Part shown: one piece after another, positions 1 through 11,254 of the stretch
How positions within the stretch are numbered: the first letter of the stretch is position 1
How the letters are laid out: every line of letters starts with the position of its first letter
Assembly: GCA_963575745.1 (NCBI GenBank)
Contig: CAUYUJ010000015.1
Coordinates: 496,001 to 560,000 of the forward strand
Length of the DNA stretch: 64,000 nucleotides
Source: Prorocentrum cordatum
Lineage: Eukaryota
Direction: 5' to 3'
The notes under the pieces: model-generated
Seen by the model: only the letters and a program-made list of their open reading frames with translations
What the model was told of the DNA's origin: nothing
Databases searched by the model: none
Made by a program: the position numbers and the translations under genes

Positions 1-950
<950 letters not shown>

Positions 951-1734
951 ATGACGACAAGGACGGCACTTACGACGACCACGACAACGACGACGACCAC
1001 GACAACGACGACGACGACGACGACGTCGACGAAGACTGCTGCTGCTGCTAATCATTGCCTCCTACTCCCCCTTGTCCTTTCCCCCTCATCCCGCCCCCCT
1101 TCTTCTGCATTCTCGTCGTCGAGGAGGAGGTCGACCGAGCCTGCGCGGCCGTGGACGGCCTTGCCACCGCGGCGGAGGCCGCCGCAGCCGCGAACCCCGC
1201 CGCAGCGGCGGGCCTGGCGCAGGCGGCGGGGGGAGGGGCGGGGGGGGAAGGAAAACCCCCCAGATCTCCAACTTGATTTTCCTTTTCCCGGCGGCTTTTC
1301 CTTCATCATTTTTTGTGTGTTTGCGGGGCCAGGGGCCATCAACAATGGACCCGGGGCGAAAATAGTAGAGGGAGAGTGACAACGAATCTGAAAAGATTCG
1401 TTGTCGGGTGGGGGGTCGCCCACCCTCTTTCGTCTCTTAACCGTTGAAGGGAAAAAGAAAAAGAGAGGAGGAAGTGAAGGGAGGGGAGGAGGAAGGGAAG
1501 GGAGAGGGAGGGAGGAGGAGGAGGGAATAGCAAGGGAAAGGAGGAGGAGGATGAGGAGGGAGGAGGAGGAGGAGGAGGAGGAAGGAGGAGGAGGAGGAGG
1601 CAGCAAGTACGAGCCGTACTGAGGAGCGCTCCCACGGCTACGCGGTGAGCAGCACGACAGAGAGCGCCGCTCTGCGCGAGCGCCACCCGAACGGCGGCGA
1701 CGCCGACGACGACGACGACGGCGGCGGCGGCGAC

Positions 1735-1768
<34 letters not shown>

Positions 1769-1935
1769 GCGACGGCGACGACGGCGACAGCCTCTCTCTC
1801 TCCCTCCCTCTCTCTCTCTCTCTCTCTTTCTCGTTATCTCTTCTTCCCGTTCCTTCTCTCTTCCTCTTCTTTTCCTTTCTTCCCCTCTCTCTCTTCCTGC
1901 CTCTCTCTTCTTCGCTTCCCCCTGCTTTGCTTGCT

Positions 1936-2098
1936 GCACCGTGCCTGGGTTGTGAACCAGCCTCAGCTCTAAACATCGAGGCGGAAAGGATTCCGCTCTG
2001 CTCGAGGACACAGCCGCTGCGCCGTGCCTGGGTTGTGGAACAGCTTCTGCGACGGGACAGCCGCTGCGCCGTGCCTGGGTTGTGAGCCAGCTTCAGCT
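1936..2098 (+). repeat. Three short direct repeats (CCGTGCCTGGGTTGTG..CAGC) at the left edge of the gene island
   Basis: Copies at about 1940, 2022 and 2069. Confidence 0.8.
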
Positions 2099-2233
2099 AT
2101 CATTATCATATTCTTCATAGTCGTTATCATTATCATTATTCTCCTCTTCCCCGTCCTCGCCGTTTGCCATGAGTGGTTCAAACCTACAAGCCGAGAGATC
2201 TAGTCAACTGCTTGTTGACTAATAGGTTAGCTG

Positions 2234-4415
2234 ATGGCTAACGTAATATGTGGCGGCATGAAGACATTAGGCGTTGCATTGGAGCTCGCAGGGAAAACGA
2301 ATCAAATCCTGGCAGACACGGACGCCCAAGTCAGCAATCAGAAGTTGCAGTATTTGACGGAAAAGCCAATCATCAAATTTGACGCTCCTGTGTTAAACGA
2401 AATTGCGGACTTACCCATGTACGCATTTCCACCATCGAACGTTAGTCCGAGAAACAAATGGGTGCTTGATTGCGTGCTCGAATGGAACGGGTCGTTTAAC
2501 GACGATGATCTTGCAGCTGCAAAGACTTTGGCAAATAATTTCAACGGAAGCACTGATTGGAGTGACCATTGGGACGGCGAGTACAATGACCATGTGAAAG
2601 GATTGATAGCAAAAGAGATGGAGACGGGCAACTACCAAAACTTACCACAACCGTTCGGCCCGTCGAGCTCGTGGCAAGTGGCGTGCACAATGCAACTTGC
2701 AATTGTGCCCGCCGGCGATAAGTGGCACATTGTCAAACACCTCATTTTCGACGAGTTACAGAAGCTTGTGAAAGTGGAAGCAGAACTCGCGCGTGGCTCT
2801 GTATACTGCCATTCGTGGTGGCCTCACAACCTTTATAACACGAAAAAGATATTCCAGAAAATCTTCGAAGGGCTTGGTGGGTTCCAGGTTCGGCACGGCA
2901 AATGGGCAGGAGATAGTGACGAGAAGAAGCCTGTTGATTTCAGCAAAATCGCAGCCGGCTATGCGTTTATGCGAAAGATGAGGCCGTCCTCAAACAACGA
3001 AGGGCAATTCGCAGAGTGGGTGGACATCTGGGCCAAGAAGCCAGAGAGCCCAATCTTGGATTGGTCAGAAGCAAAGTGCAGATCGTTTTTGGCATGTTGT
3101 GCGAGAGGCGTGTCCACGGCCAGGACGATTTACTTCAATTTCACCACTTACAAGGATTTGAAACCGTGGTTCTTGGACTTGGTGCTGAAAGATAAGATTG
3201 CGACGCATACAGAGCATGGAGTTCTATGGATCGGAATTTCGGAATGCGGTAAAAGCTCGCGTTCAAGGACACGGTTTCATGGTGTCCAATCATTGGATAG
3301 CGACAGAGAAAAGGGATGACATGCAACCTGCTGTGGCGACGGCCAAATTTATTGACATGTTCAGAGGCGAAAGAAACACCGTGTTCAAACCGTGTATATT
3401 TGATGACGGAAAGTTCTATCAGCTCGGCGCCGACCTTGTGAAAGCTTTGTTGTACCCCGCGGAGGTAGACGCCCTCCTATGCGCCAGATGGGGTGGATCT
3501 GGATTCGACATGTATTCGTGCCGCCAGGCAGTAAGTCAACAATTCGACAGCAAATTGGCCAAGAAATTTGCACGGAAAGATGAGATCTCCGACAAGGATT
3601 GGCAGAAGCTTATTATGCCGTCAATTGATAAAGAAGCAGACGAAGAGGACTGGGTAGCATTCAGGCGTCGTTTCCACACCATCGTCGTCACTCGCGACGG
3701 CATCATCCACCGCAATGCTACCAAGGAGTTAGTGGACGTCCCCGTTATCCATTGGTCGGACGGCGAAGAGATGGACATATTCAAACCGGAGGTGAAAATC
3801 CTTATGCAGAAATGGAAAAATGGACAACTGAAGGAGGTTCCGCCGAATTACCATGACGATGTAAAGTGGTCTTTGGAATATTTGAACCGGGCTATGAAGG
3901 GCGAGCCGATTCCCTCGTCGAGAACGATCAGGGCTGCATCTGCGCGGGGTGCCAGAGGATTATTCAATGATCCAGCAATGTCGTCTCAGTCATACGATCA
4001 TCCTTACTTAACAAATGCCGGGTTTAGCTCTGTGGATCGCAGCGCGAATGTAGCTCCGATTTCGTTTTGTGGCAACCTCGAGGACGTGCAAGAGATGCAG
4101 CGCATTCTAGCAACGAAGGCAGAGCCTCACAACGGATGCGAGTTTGACCTGACTGCTGATACGCCCGAGAGGAAGCGTCACAAGGCAGAGGAACTAGAGT
4201 GTCCTGTCGCACCCAAGAAAGAGAAGAACACGGCCGAGGCAGAGCTAGCCGACGAAGATGCGGACATGGAGAGAGCGTGGCAGGAAATTGACAGGGAGGA
4301 ACTGGCCCGCACTGTTCATGAGTCTCGTGTCAACGCGGGAATGTCTGCGGGTTCCCGCCCAGGCAACATCGAAGAGGAAGAGGGCCCGTTTGGTCATCAA
4401 CAGGCGGGCATGTAA
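2234..4415 (+). CDS. SF3/Rep-type P-loop helicase-like protein, split by one frameshift near 3270 (ORFs 2234..3319 + 3198..4415)
   Basis: Walker A VLWIGISECGKS at the end of the first ORF; Walker B PCIFDD, ARWG and an arginine-finger-like AFRRRF in the second ORF; spacing resembles CRESS-virus Rep helicase domains. Confidence 0.65.
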
Positions 4416-5261
4416 GAAATGCATATTGCATTGAAAGCGGTTCGCACAAACTTTCAAACTCCGCGATGCGAATCTGAAGTCGGTTGCTTGCTGACAACTC
4501 TGCACTTTATGATCTAATTGCGTACCTCTGTGTAGTTGAGATTTTGACTGATGGGATAATGAGTTGTGGCTTTCAGTGTTGTCAACTGCTGGTTGACTGT
4601 TCTTATCGTTAAGCTTGCTGTTGGTTGTGTCAACTGATGGTTGACTCTTCAGTTCCAACATTGCTTCCGCATTGCCATGCAGATGGCAAAGATCCGTTGA
4701 TTTGTTATGTCAACAGCTGGTTGACTGTGCCTGGCGCCGAGCAATGCTTTCCGCCTTCGTTCATTGACAGTTGCCAATCGTGTGGCTTAAGAACAAGAAG
4801 CTGATGCATCTCTCAAATGTTGGTATACTATTGCCAACATATCATTCTCTTTTGACCCAAAACATCATCATTTTGCATAATCATTCATCGCTCTCTTTCA
4901 TATTCTTCCTTCCTCTTTCCTCCTCGTTTAGTTTCCTATTTCTTCGTCGATCCTCATTCGTTTTCCCTTCCATGATCCCTCTTCTTCCCCCGCGCACTCA
5001 TCATCGTCACTCCCCCCCTCGTCCCCTCGGGGCAAAATGCACCCAGTTCACGAGCGCGCCGCTCGTGCAGGGATGCAGAAATGCCCGGTGCTAATGAAAG
5101 CACATCTCCCCTGTGTCATCCTCTTCCTGCACTGTCATCATCCATCATTTACGTTCGTCTTCATCTTTCTTCTGTCGTTCCTTATCCTCCCTCGCCCTCC
5201 TGGCCAGAGGCTCAAGAGGGCATTGTAGAACGCCAACGTCTGCTGGACGTCCTTATCTGCA

Positions 5262-6604
5262 ATGGTAGAACAGAGTATCCCGATTATTTGGCCGGATATA
5301 GACTCGCGCAAAGAGTGCGGCTGGGATTTGGAGAAGAAGCGAGGGCACTGCTGGACGCATGATGCCACTGTCTGGAACGGAGCTGAGTGGTGCGTGGTGC
5401 GCCACTCAACGAAGCTTTGCACGAACGGGCCCTGTGGGTTACGTTACAAACTAAACTACATTGCGCGTTCTGGCTCGAAGAAAAAAACATTATGACGAAA
5501 ACTGACAGCAACCCAATTCTTTTAGTGCGCGCACAACTTGGTTTCACGTATAATTACCTCGTGCAGATGCGGCACCGCATGTGTCGCGCAGGCGCATCGG
5601 CGGGGGCCGAGGCAGCAGTGATATCGTTGTCGTATCCAGACGTCATCATCGGGAATGCCAGTAAAACAATTCAATCTGTAAAGGACAACCAGCAACTAAG
5701 CGGAGCCATTTTGCAAGCTATATTTTGCTTCCTTCGCTTGCAAGAGGGGGTCTTCGATTTCGATATCAACGATCCAGTGCCGGACGGTGACGAAGCTTTC
5801 GACGCGGGCAACAAAGGCTTGCATGTGATTTTCAACGCTGCCCGAGACGATCCGTTATACAAGCACCCGCGCTGCAAGCTTGACGTCGTAACCGATGGTA
5901 ATTTTCAATGCAATCGGAAGCTTGTGGAGACAGAGAAAAAGTACGCAAAGAAAAACCTTCCTGGACGTCCTAATACTAAGAGGATGGAGAAACTTATCAA
6001 GAAGATGCAGGCCACTGCTAAAGCAAAGGCGAAATCTACATCGAGGTGCAAAGCGGTTACTCAAATTGAGAAGATAAAGATTGCGCGCACTCAAACTGGG
6101 GGGCTCTACGCAACCGTGAACATGAAGAACCGCAAAGGAGGTGGCAACGAAATTCTTCAATTGGGAGAAATGTTGAATGGTGAGAACACTGCATGCAAAA
6201 AAGAATGTTTGGTTGACATGAAGAAAACGAAAATGATTGTTGGCAAGTACGCGTGCGATTGCGGATGCGTGGTCGCCAAGCATTTCGAAGGAACGCTGTG
6301 CGATAAATGCTATTTGGATGGGTATCACAGCAAGAAGCACACATGCAAAACCCCGGCCATTATTCATAAAACGACGTTGAACTCTCAGGCGGCGGAACAG
6401 TTGTGGTCGCGTTTGGACAAATTGACTTGGTTGTCAAAGATGAAGCGCGCGCGCTACCGATGCTTCTTGTACCATTACTGTTTATGGCGCAACAAGTTCA
6501 CCGCGGTGGATTCCAGGAAGGATCATCCAGGCCCATGCATGTCGCTGAGAAAAGTAAAGAAGCGCACGCCGAAGCAGAAGCGCGCGCCGAAGCGCAAGCA
6601 GTGA
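5262..6604 (+). CDS. KDZ (Kyakuja-Dileera-Zisupton) transposase with an N-terminal CxC-type cysteine cluster; frameshift in the A7 run at 5481-5487
   Basis: Motifs VVTDGN, YACDCGC, LDGYHSKKHTC and NSQAAEQLWSRL..M...F..WRN match the KDZ catalytic pattern; the upstream frame 5262..5495 gives HSTKLCTNGPCGLRYKLNY. Confidence 0.8.
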
Positions 6605-7165
6605 TATTTGCCCCTTGCGTTTGTCAACTGCTGGTTGACAGCTAACACTCAGGGGCATTCCTCGCGTTTGTCAACTGCTGGTTGACAGCTAGCAACCAGG
6701 GGCGTTGCGTAGATGCACAGCGGTGTTTGGCTGATCTGCATTCAAGCCATCGTTGCGCGCAGTGTGTTTTTTTTACTCCGCTCGAGTTTGTCAACTGCTG
6801 GTTGACAGTTAACATCCAGAGCGTAGTGCAGATGTACCATGGCTTAACTGTTTTCGTGATTGCCTAAAAACGAAGCATGCGTATCATATCACATCACATC
6901 ATATACCATCATATCATATCATATCATTATTCATATCATAATGTTATTCATTGTTCACTATATATTTGTATTTCGTCATATTTCGCATTCGTTTAGCATC
7001 CCCCGCTCTTTCCTCCTTATCCTTCATCTTCTTTTCTATCCTTGCGATTTCAGACCTCCGCCTGCTCTTCCTCCTCCGCTCCCCCCTGGTAAACATCCCC
7101 GCCAGGCTGGCACCAGAAGGATTGCTTGATCATCCGCATCTGTTTGGCTCAGGCCTTCAGGCTTC

Positions 7166-8497
7166 GTGCTACAGTTCGAACTGTTTTTCGTCCTTATGGA
7201 CGAGTTAGAACGTCGGATTCTTTCTTTAGGTCCGTTTCCGAATGCACGCAATGCCGCCGATTGGCCTCGCTTTGGCGACATGTTGGCGAAAGACGTAAAT
7301 GTTCAAGCTTTGACATATAACCATTTATGGCTAAAGAAAGCGATCAAGGAACGGGGCGGGGTTGCAGCAATCTGGAGGGAACTCTTCAAAAGCGAAGTTC
7401 CGGCTTTGATTCAGCGCCATGGTTATCCTTCACAAAATCTTCGTTCCAATGTGATGTTCGCCCCTTATGTTCCACAGCAATTCTACCAAGCTCAGTCCCC
7501 GCCCAATGCGCAGCAACCGGAGACCCGCCCTCAAGTGCCTCCAGGAACGCGGGTTGGATCAGGGCCCACTGCTGACCCTCGCGTCGTTGCCAAGGCGGCG
7601 GTGTGTGCGTCTGATTCAGCGCTTGGCACTGTTGGCAAATCTGATTCTGGATCATCATCTGATGGCAGTGCTGACAGCGATAGCGAAGATGAAAGGAAAA
7701 CGAAGAGCGCGCCAGATAATTTCAAAGAAAGTAAGCGTTCATCTGACAACGAGAGCGATCGCAGATCGCGCGCCCGAAGCAGATCTCCTGTTGCGACAGG
7801 ATATACCGACGTGTGGATCGCTGCGGGAGACGAAGCATTGCACCTTGGATTTTTATCCCGGGTAGAGGAGGAGTCGCAAAAATCTGGATGGGCATTGGAC
7901 AAAGTAAAATTGCCAGCAGATATAGTTCTGCACACAGGTGTAGCCTTATCACATATGTTGTTCTGTCTCGACTCAGGAATACTCGGCGCCAAAATGAAGA
8001 AATCGGCAAACATTCATTGTGTTGTATCGGAAGGCTGCTTGAAGGCGTGGCCAAAGAACGGCCAGGCAGCGTTTAAGAGCAGACTTGACAATGTCAATCA
8101 TTGTCTCCGCGCTTTCGGAGTTGATGGGAGATCAACTAAATTTTTAGAGAGGGAGCAGAAGCGAGAGTATTCGAACGAGCATCTGCTGAGGTCTGCATTA
8201 AGAACCTTCATAATTATGGGCGATGGCCCTGTTGGGTGCATAGATGTGAAAACATATCGCGAAAGATTGGGATGGTTGAACAAGCGTGTGTTATCTGAAG
8301 ATAATTTGATTGAAGAGTTGGTATATTCACACTGGTACTCACCCAACGAAGCACCCAATGGAGTCAAGATTTGGCGCAATGCAGGCGGTGAGACAAACGA
8401 CATGCTTGCAGAGATGAGCACGAGGAGTGGAACTGGATCCAATGTGCTGGTGATTGTAATGGATCCCGCGGGCCGGCCTCTCTCCCCAAAGTGGTAG
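7166..8497 (+). CDS. Hypothetical protein (~440 aa): helical N-terminus, P/S/D/R-rich linker, globular-looking C-terminal domain
   Basis: Long, complex ORF with the same composition as its neighbours, preceded by a pyrimidine tract and followed by a palindrome cluster; start codon uncertain. Confidence 0.7.
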   Translation: MLQFELFFVLMDELERRILSLGPFPNARNAADWPRFGDMLAKDVNVQALTYNHLWLKKAIKERGGVAAIWRELFKSEVPALIQRHGYPSQNLRSNVMFAPYVPQQFYQAQSPPNAQQPETRPQVPPGTRVGSGPTADPRVVAKAAVCASDSALGTVGKSDSGSSSDGSADSDSEDERKTKSAPDNFKESKRSSDNESDRRSRARSRSPVATGYTDVWIAAGDEALHLGFLSRVEEESQKSGWALDKVKLPADIVLHTGVALSHMLFCLDSGILGAKMKKSANIHCVVSEGCLKAWPKNGQAAFKSRLDNVNHCLRAFGVDGRSTKFLEREQKREYSNEHLLRSALRTFIIMGDGPVGCIDVKTYRERLGWLNKRVLSEDNLIEELVYSHWYSPNEAPNGVKIWRNAGGETNDMLAEMSTRSGTGSNVLVIVMDPAGRPLSPKW

Positions 8498-9010
8498 CCA
8501 ATTATCATGGATTTCTGATATATGCGCCAACTGATAAATGACCATTGCCTTTCACGTTTTCTTTCTGCGCTTATTATGTGTGCAACTATTGATCAGTGTC
8601 AACTGCTGGTTGACCGTTGTTTCTGCATTATTTAATGGTTTCGCTCACTCCGCTGTCCCGTCTTGGAGCCACATTAGGCCGTCTTGGTGCCCCATCGCCG
8701 TCGCCGTCGTCGTCGTCGTCCGTTGCAGATACTGCAATGCGGTTACCTGAGAACTTAGCACGCCTGTGGCCTGTTGGGCCAGCGAATTAATTCAGGCATT
8801 ACACTCGAAATGCGGTTCAGTGTCAACTGCTGGTTGACCGTTGCTTCTCACCCATTATTTTTGTAACCGTTACATATGCAGTTCTTGGCCAGTGTCAACT
8901 GCTGGTTGACCGTCGCGGACAGAGAGATTGTTTCCTTGCTATCGAAAAAAGTACAACGCCTGAGCCGCCGATTCGACGTCTTAACAGCCTGCAACAGTTA
9001 CGCGGATGGA

Positions 9011-9215
9011 GGCCGGTCGGTTTTCAATCCGAGGCTCTCGCTTTGGTGCCGCGAACATTCGCTTTCAAAGTCTGCTTCTTCCTCCCTTCCCTTTCCCTCC
9101 CTTCTCCCCCTCCCTCCCTCCTCTCCATTGTCATTGCATGAGGTTTAGTATTGTTTTGCCATTGCTCGAAGAACAGGGAGCCCGCGAAAGTCTCTGAGAC
9201 ACAGACGCAACAGGA
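9011..9215 (+). repeat. Diverged direct repeat, copy 1 (copy 2 at ~10975-11190; partial third copy at ~9324-9390)
   Basis: Shared GGTTTTCAATC...GCCGCGAACATTC...CCATTG(T/C)CATTGCATGAGG...GAGCCCGCGA. Confidence 0.8.
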
Positions 9216-9383
9216 AATCAACATGCAATCTACTACGCATATCAAACTCCCGCTCAAGGGAGCCGCGCTTGCTTTCTGCGGCAGGAAGAGCCAGGTTGTT
9301 GTGTTTGATATAACGAAGGGCAATTGTTTTGCAATTGCTTGAACCACGGAGAGCTCGCGACAGTCTCTGGGAGACAACTATTC

Positions 9384-9494
9384 ATAGTAGTAGTAGTAGT
9401 AGTAGCAGTAGTAGTAGTCGTGGTAGTAGTAGTAGTAGTAGAAGTAGTAGGAGTAGTAGTCGTGGTAATAGTACTAGTAGTGGTAGTGGTAGTG

Positions 9495-9536
<42 letters not shown>
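9384..9536. repeat. (TAG)n microsatellite
   Basis: Direct inspection. Confidence 0.95.
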
Positions 9537-9537
<1 letters not shown>

Positions 9538-9703
9538 AGAGAGACAAGAGAGGTAGACAGAGAGAAAGAGAGACAGAGAGAGAGATGGAGAGATAGCGAT
9601 TGAGGGAGAGAGAGAGGGGAGAGACAAAAACGGCGGGAAGAGGGGGGAGAGGAGGGGTGAAGTAGGAGAGGGAGAGGGAAGGGCCGCTGCCACCGGGCTC
9701 AAA

Positions 9704-10573
9704 TTGAGTAATGTTGTTGTGGGTTTGTGTAACCGGCACCGATACACTGGCGCCAGTTTCTGCATGATGATGGATTTGGAGATAGCGCGCCCAGCACCTG
9801 CGATGGAACAGAGCCGCATTGAGCAGTCATTGCCATATCGCAAACTTATTCTGTCAGACTTACACCAGCCGGTTCCCAGTGGCGATGAGAACGCAGCAGC
9901 GTTGGAAGCTCGATTGACGACAGCAACTTCGAATAACGTTCAATGGCTGAAGGCAGGTGGCGCACATGGGCCGCTTTTCGACATCACGGGCTTCGACACT
10001 GAAGGAGATGATAACAGTCCGTATACGACGTACACGCAGATGCCGGAGCTTCAAGGAGTGACGTTGGGATTGGTCATGTGGGGCTCCCCTCATTGGTCAG
10101 ATTCGCCAGATGGTACTACGCAGCATTTCAGAGACTCCAACACATTCAAAACGAACGCGTTCGAGTCGATGTCATGGCTCAGTGGGTCAGCCTTCATCAT
10201 CGAGACATTCCCCAGTCGATACGGACCCGAGTTCTGGCATCCTGCGTATAACAAGAAGGGCGTTGCGGATACGCGTGCCAAGCGCAGTTTACTTGTGACA
10301 GAGGGTTTCTTTCGTGAATACAGACCTCTGGGGTCAGGGGCTGAGTTTCGATTCCTTCAAGATGAGAGCGAAGCAACCATGGTTGCAATGTTGGTGCCGC
10401 AGAGATTCTCTCAGTGCGTGATTTGGAAGGGTCACCAAGTCGACGTAGGGATGACGCTAATCCACATTATGAACCATCTGGAAGATCAAGAGCGCGCGCT
10501 GGAACTTGGCGGGCAACATTATGGCCTTTCTTACGAGATGCACCTCGCGTGGCAAGAACTGTCGGTTGCTTGA
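9704..10573 (+). CDS. Hypothetical protein (~270-290 aa)
   Basis: Uninterrupted complex ORF, likely starting at the MMM near 9764, followed by four palindrome copies. Confidence 0.7.
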   Translation: MSNVVVGLCNRHRYTGASFCMMMDLEIARPAPAMEQSRIEQSLPYRKLILSDLHQPVPSGDENAAALEARLTTATSNNVQWLKAGGAHGPLFDITGFDTEGDDNSPYTTYTQMPELQGVTLGLVMWGSPHWSDSPDGTTQHFRDSNTFKTNAFESMSWLSGSAFIIETFPSRYGPEFWHPAYNKKGVADTRAKRSLLVTEGFFREYRPLGSGAEFRFLQDESEATMVAMLVPQRFSQCVIWKGHQVDVGMTLIHIMNHLEDQERALELGGQHYGLSYEMHLAWQELSVA

Positions 10574-10974
10574 AGCGTTGGCGAAATTACATCCACGTGT
10601 TCGTTAAGTGTCAATTGATGGTTGACCGACTATGTCTCCGCTGTAGTTACCGTTATGCACAATTTCATTTGAGTGTCAACTGCTGGTTGTCCGCGTCTGT
10701 TTCCGCTGTAGTTACTGTTGTGTACTGTTCCATTCATATGTCAACTGATGGTTGACCGATCATGCCTGCGTTGCGCGTGATAATACTCTGCGTTTGTTGC
10801 GCACCTGTATAGAGTGTCAACTGCTGGTTGACCATTTTTGGCAACGCGCGACGTGATGCACGGACAAATGCAAAAGGGGGGAGAGGGAGAGAGCAAGAGA
10901 GAGGGAGGCAGAGAGAGAGAGAGAGAGAAACAAAAAAGGGAACACATGATCACGAGATAGGAAGAGACGAAAGA

Positions 10975-11190
10975 GGGCGGTTGGTTTTTCAATCTGCGTT
11001 TCTCGCCTTGGCGCCGCGAACATTCTTCGCCTTCAAGGTTTGCTTCTCCCTCCCTCCCTTTTCCCCCTTTTCTCCTCCTCCTCCTTCCCTCTTCACCATT
11101 GCCATTGCATGAGGGCTATTGCGTTGCGATTGACTGAAGAGCGGAGAGCCCGCGACACTCTCCGAGAGACAACCAGACAACCACTCATAG
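10975..11190 (+). repeat. Diverged direct repeat, copy 2 of 9011-9215
   Basis: Aligned by eye to copy 1. Confidence 0.8.
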
Positions 11191-11254
11191 TAGTATTAGT
11201 AATAGTAGTAGTAGTGTTGGGATTATTATTATTATTCGTAGTAGTCGTAGGTTA

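Larger units (their letters stand above)
2201..10832 (+). repeat. Dispersed 17 bp palindrome GTCAAC-TGCTG-GTTGAC, 14 copies
   Basis: Copies start at 2203; 4581, 4629, 4709; 6623, 6670, 6790; 8598, 8822, 8894; 10610, 10675, 10740, 10816. All are intergenic. Confidence 0.95.

Noticed and set aside
2203..2219. GTCAAC/GTTGAC resemblance to IscB/IS200-IS605 element ends
   Set aside because: Only a 6 bp match; no RuvC/HNH-type ORF or extended RNA scaffold was recognised
4581..10832. Calling the palindrome clusters CRISPR arrays
   Set aside because: The repeat is only 17 bp, there are 3-4 copies per cluster, spacers run from 30 to 207 bp, no cas-like ORF was recognised and the context is eukaryotic
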